In this document: one piece after another, positions 59,620 through 64,000 of the stretch
Layout of the letters: the number at the start of each line of letters is the position of its first letter
Numbering within the stretch: position 1 is the first letter of the stretch
Origin: Zootoca vivipara
Taxonomy: Eukaryota
Length of the DNA: 64,000 bases
Assembly: GCF_963506605.1 (NCBI RefSeq)
Contig: NC_083290.1
Coordinates: 15,314,001 to 15,378,000, forward strand
Reading direction: 5' to 3'
The notes under the pieces: generated by a model
The model's input: the letters and a program-made list of their open reading frames with translations, nothing else
The model's database searches: none
What the model was told of the DNA's origin: nothing
Program-made: the position numbers and the translations under genes

Positions 59620-60341
59620 GTTGTTGTTTAGTCGTGTCCGACTCTTTGTGACCCCATGGACTAGAGCACGCCACTGCCAGGACTCCTGTCTGGCACTCCA
59701 GGAGTTCAAGGAAACATTCCAGCCAGGTTGTTGTTGTTGTTGTTGTTTAGTCGTTTAGTTGTGTCCGACTCTTCGTGACCCCATGGACCATAGCACGCCA
59801 GGCACTCCTGTCTTGCACTGCCTCCCGCAGTTTGGTCAAACTCATGTTCGTAGCTTCGAGAACACTGTCCAACCATCTCGTCCTCTGTCGTCCCCTTCTC
59901 CTTGTTCCCTCAATCTTTCCCAACATCAGGGTCTTTTCCAAGGATTATTCTCTTCTCATGAGGTGGCCAAAGTATTGGAGCCTCAGCTTCAGGATCTGTC
60001 CTTCCAATTAGCACTCAGGGCTGATTTCCTGAAGAATGGATAGGTTTGATCTTCTTGCAGTCCATGGGACTCTCAAGAGTCTCCTCCAGCACCATAATTC
60101 AAAAGCATCCATTCTTCGGCGATCAGCCTTCTTTATGGTCCAGCTCTCACTTCCATACATCGCTACTGGGAAAACCATAGCTTTAACTATACGGACCTTT
60201 GTCGGCAAGGTGATGTCTCTGCTTTTTAAGATGCTGTCTAGGTTTGTCATTGCTTTTCTCCCAAGAAGCAGCCGTCTTTTAATTTCGTGACTGCTGTCAC
60301 CATCTGCAGTGATCATGGAGCCCAAGAAAGTAATATCTCTC
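59620..60341 (-). mobile_element. Bov-B (RTE) LINE 3' fragment with a second short 3' end
   Basis: FLGSMITADGDSSHEIKRRLLLGRKAMTNLDSILKSRDITLPTKV...MYGSESWT; EKTLMLGKIEG.RRRGRQR.RWLD; (CAA)n tails; TSD ACTTGATGGAGAT. Confidence 0.93.
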
Positions 60342-61611
60342 ACTTGATGGAGATACCCACCCCAAACATAAGAAGAGCTTGCTGGATCAGGCCAATGGCT
60401 CATCTTGTTCTCAGATCAGTTGCCTGTGGGAAGCCTGCAAGCAGGATCTCAGCACCAGAGCACTCTCCCCTCCTGTGGCTCCCAGCAACTGGTATTCAGA
60501 AGCATTGCTGCCTCCAACCATGGAGGCAGAGCGGAACCATCATGGTGAGCAGCCTCTTCTCCATGAATATGTCTAAGCTTCTTACAAGAAGGATCTACAG
60601 CGAGCACCGCCTGGGCAACAGACCAAGCAGGTACACAGCACAGCACCTGGGCACAGGTCTTCCCCACTAGGTTTGAGAGGGATGGTATTTCTATTGAAAT
60701 CATAGTTGCCATTTCTAAATGTGCAGCAATTCTTACGAAGGAGGACATGCAGAATCCACGCAAATCCGAGTCTTCATGCTCGGCAAGCAGTCTGCGCAGT
60801 CACCCTACTGATGGGGCAGAAAGCTATTTGCAATTCTGCTTGCAATTCAGAGTGGAGGAGCCATAAGCTTACTAGCACTAGGAGTTGCCTGTCTGGGAAG
60901 CAGCTTAGGACGCCAGCAATCGTAGAAGTGTAGAATTGGAAGGGACCCAAAGGGTCTTCCAGCCCAACCCCCTGCAATGCAAGAATCACAGCTAAAGAGG
61001 GAATTTGTAGGCTGCAGAGGTCAGTTTGATCTTTTCTGCTCCACTCTCAAACACCCAGGGGAGCGAACTGCCCTCTGCCCTTCATGACCCCATGTTTGCT
61101 CTCAAAGCAAGCAGGGCACAGCGTGTTCCCAAAGACCTCACCCTCATCATAAAAGATCTAGTCCCTGGCTAAGCCCATTTAATGCCGATCGACAGCTAGT
61201 AAAATGCTGCAAGGTTGACCGGGAGGACTCCAGCTCAGGTTGGAAGACATGCTTTCAGTTATTCATGGCAGGTCTGCGCATCCATAAAGCACATCCTACA
61301 CACACATTTAAAGCTCCTGGCTTCACCCAAAGACTCCTGGGAACTGTAGTTTGTTAAGGACACTGGGAATTGTAGCTCTGTGGGGTGTAAACTACAGTTC
61401 ACAGGATTTTGAGGGGGGGGGAGTCTTGTGCTTTAAATTAGGATTTGATGGGCTTTAAATATATAGTGTGGGTCAGTTGTTCAGGGCAGAAGGTGGCCAA
61501 AAAGTCTGGAAAACGTTTTCCTGAGAATTTCTCTTAAAGTCAAGTCCTTCCCTGGAGACTATTGGGTGGCCTCAACTTCTCAGTCCTCTGAACAGAGTGG
61601 ATCCAACTCAC

Positions 61612-61613
<2 letters not shown>

Positions 61614-61661
<48 letters not shown>
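61614..61661. repeat. (TG)n microsatellite
   Basis: Direct reading. Confidence 0.95.
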
Positions 61662-61663
<2 letters not shown>

Positions 61664-61930
61664 GTTGATGAAGGGTCCAGTGGTGTCCAAAAGACAAACC
61701 ATTTTTATGAAGGCATGAGCTTACGTGCGTAGAATCCGTAACACGGCTCCCCTCCCCCCCAAAAAAAATATTGTTGAAGATACGCCCCCATCACACACTT
61801 TTTATTCCTCTCTTCCTTAGCCTGTCACTTTCTTCAAAGGTAGCATGGTTCAGCATTCCTCAGAAGGATTTTCTGAGGGATGTGCTGATCACCTTCTTCT
61901 TCCCTTGGAGGGCAGGATGTTCAGTGTGAA

Positions 61931-61932
<2 letters not shown>

Positions 61933-61974
<42 letters not shown>
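61933..61974. repeat. (AC)n microsatellite
   Basis: Direct reading. Confidence 0.95.
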
Positions 61975-61978
<4 letters not shown>

Positions 61979-64000
61979 ACCGTTCCACCACCCATAAACA
62001 GGGCAGAGAATCTGAGGAGGCCATTTTCGTCTAGCCAGATTGCACTCTGCACGTACTCAGCAAAGCTCCGTTGCTGCACACTTTTGTTAAGAGTGCTCCC
62101 CGGCAATCGCTCTTCGTCCCACGTGTTGCCTTTAAAATACAACAAGCACTTGGCTATCCTGCCTGTCTCTGCTTAGGAGCGCTTGGGTAGTGCAGGAGTT
62201 GTGGCTTTGGCCAAAAGAGCAAAGGCATCTATAGGGTGGGGGCTGCCATGTGGATGCACCCTAATAAACACACCGTAGCAGGCTAACGGCGGAGGACACA
62301 AGGACTGCTCTGTGCGACTGAGTGCAGAACAAAGAATGGGTTTGTGCGACCGTCACACCCCAAAGCACATGACCGATACCTGTGATACTGAGAGAGGTGC
62401 AAGATACTTGGCCCATTGCCACCCTCTCTGTGCATGCCGCTTCAGTTTAACCCTTTCCTGGGCCCAGCAATTCCTTCTAGGAAGAGCTGGGTGGTGCTGG
62501 CTGAAGATTAGCTGATAGTGCAGGCTACGATGCGAGGAGGAGAAAGACATCCAGCCCCCATTCTGCCCCACCTCACTGGATAAATACGCCACTGGCTTCT
62601 TTCCATAACCCAAAACACAGCAAGCTGTGGCTTACTCTGCTATTAAGAACAGAAGAAGAGCCCTACTGGCCCATTGAGCCTAGCATCCACCAGATATCTC
62701 TTCTGGAAAGCCTACAAGCAGGATCTGAGCATAAGAGCACTCTCCCACTGTGGTTTCCAGCAACTGGTATTCAGAAGCACACAATGAAGCCGGTGGAACA
62801 TAGCCATTGTGGTTATTCTCTGTGCCGTGGATGATGTCCCTGGTTTTAGAACGACTGGGGGGGGGGATTTAGCCAGTTACACCAGCACAGCTTGTCACTG
62901 GTTATGCATTCCTCTTGCGCGTAAAGTTGACAGTGTGATGCAATGCCCACAAGCTGTATCTCAGCTTGACCGCCTTCCCAGTGTTGTAAAGATGGGGTGG
63001 GGGGGGGGAGGACATGTATGGTCCCTGAGCTCCTTGGATGAAACATGGAATAAATATATAAGAAATGACCTATGGCAGGTATTACACAGTGGTTTGGGAC
63101 AGGCACATGGCGCATGATCAGAGGCAAACTCATTGCTCTTCACATGCCACAATGATTCTCATAGCTGAGTCTTGGCGCATATTAAGTCCCGGGAATGGGA
63201 ATGGCAGAGTTTTGCGCTGAATTCATAGTTGGAGGGGACCAAATGGGAATTCAGTCAGTCCACTACTGCTCCACCCAATCCAAAGGGAAGACAGTCTACG
63301 AACCAGCCCAGACAGATCCATGTGGTCCCAACCACCAGAGTGTACAAGAAGTTGTTGCACCACAAAATAGCTCCAGGTGACTTAAGGAAGCGAGCCAAGC
63401 GGCGTTGTGAATGGGAAGATAAAAACATCCCAGACGGATCGGGCCACAGAGGTCTCTCTGGTCCAGCAGCAGCCAAATGCCTCCTGGGAGCTCACAAGCG
63501 ATGGAAATGCACATTGATTGCTCCCGTCATCTGCCTTGCTGCTTCTGCACATGCAGGCTGCATTTTGCTTTTCCATCAGCTTCGGCTCACGGCCTAGCTG
63601 CGCCCCTATCTGGACAGGGATAGCCTAACTTCCATCGTGTATGCTCTGGCAATTTATAGGTTAGATTACTACAATGTGTTATATGTGGGGCTGCCTCTGA
63701 AGATGGTTTGGAAACTTCAGCTGGTGCCACATTCAGCAGCCAGGTTGCTCTCCAGGGTAAAAGGGTTTGAGCATATAGTGCCAATCCTGGCCTGACTGCA
63801 CTGGCTTTCAATTACTTTCCAAGCCCAATTCAAAGTGAAGGTTTTGACCAATGAAACCTTAAATGGTTCAGGACAGCAATATGTCAAGGGCTGCCTTTCC
63901 CCATAAGGACCAACCCAGACCCTGTGATCATCATCTGAGGCCCTTCTTTGTGTGCTTCCTTTGTGGCAACAGGAGACTGGGCCTTTTCTGCATGGGCAAC

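Noticed and set aside
52087-64000. Further protein-coding genes such as ABHD11 downstream of CLDN3
   Set aside because: No recognisable exons; the ORFs there are short or TE-derived.

Overview
This is vertebrate genomic DNA, most likely from a lacertid lizard; that is inferred from full-length Sauria SINEs, Bov-B, and CR1/L2/hAT content. There are two assembly gaps (29103-29249, 31314-31448). Gene order: coding exon 1 of VKORC1L1 (-); an intronless, Arg-rich, C-terminally extended NUPR2/p8-family ORF (+); a complete five-coding-exon METTL27/WBSCR27 (+, 236 aa); and a three-gene claudin cluster. The cluster holds an extra claudin-3/4/6/9-like gene (-), a CLDN4 orthologue with a strongly rewritten first extracellular loop (-), and CLDN3 (+) lacking the canonical ECL2 Asn-Pro. 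The rest is dense in transposons: Sauria and tRNA/CR1 SINEs, CR1, L1, L2, Bov-B, hAT and Tc1/mariner MITEs, a canonical non-autonomous Helitron, and palindromic Penelope-like remnants carrying minimal type I hammerhead ribozymes. The best leads are the claudin loop divergence plus the extra paralogue and its possible leader-exon splicing, the protamine-like NUPR2 with an RFX/CRE promoter, the Penelope hammerheads, and the Helitron. Orthology and family calls rest on recalled sequences, not database searches.
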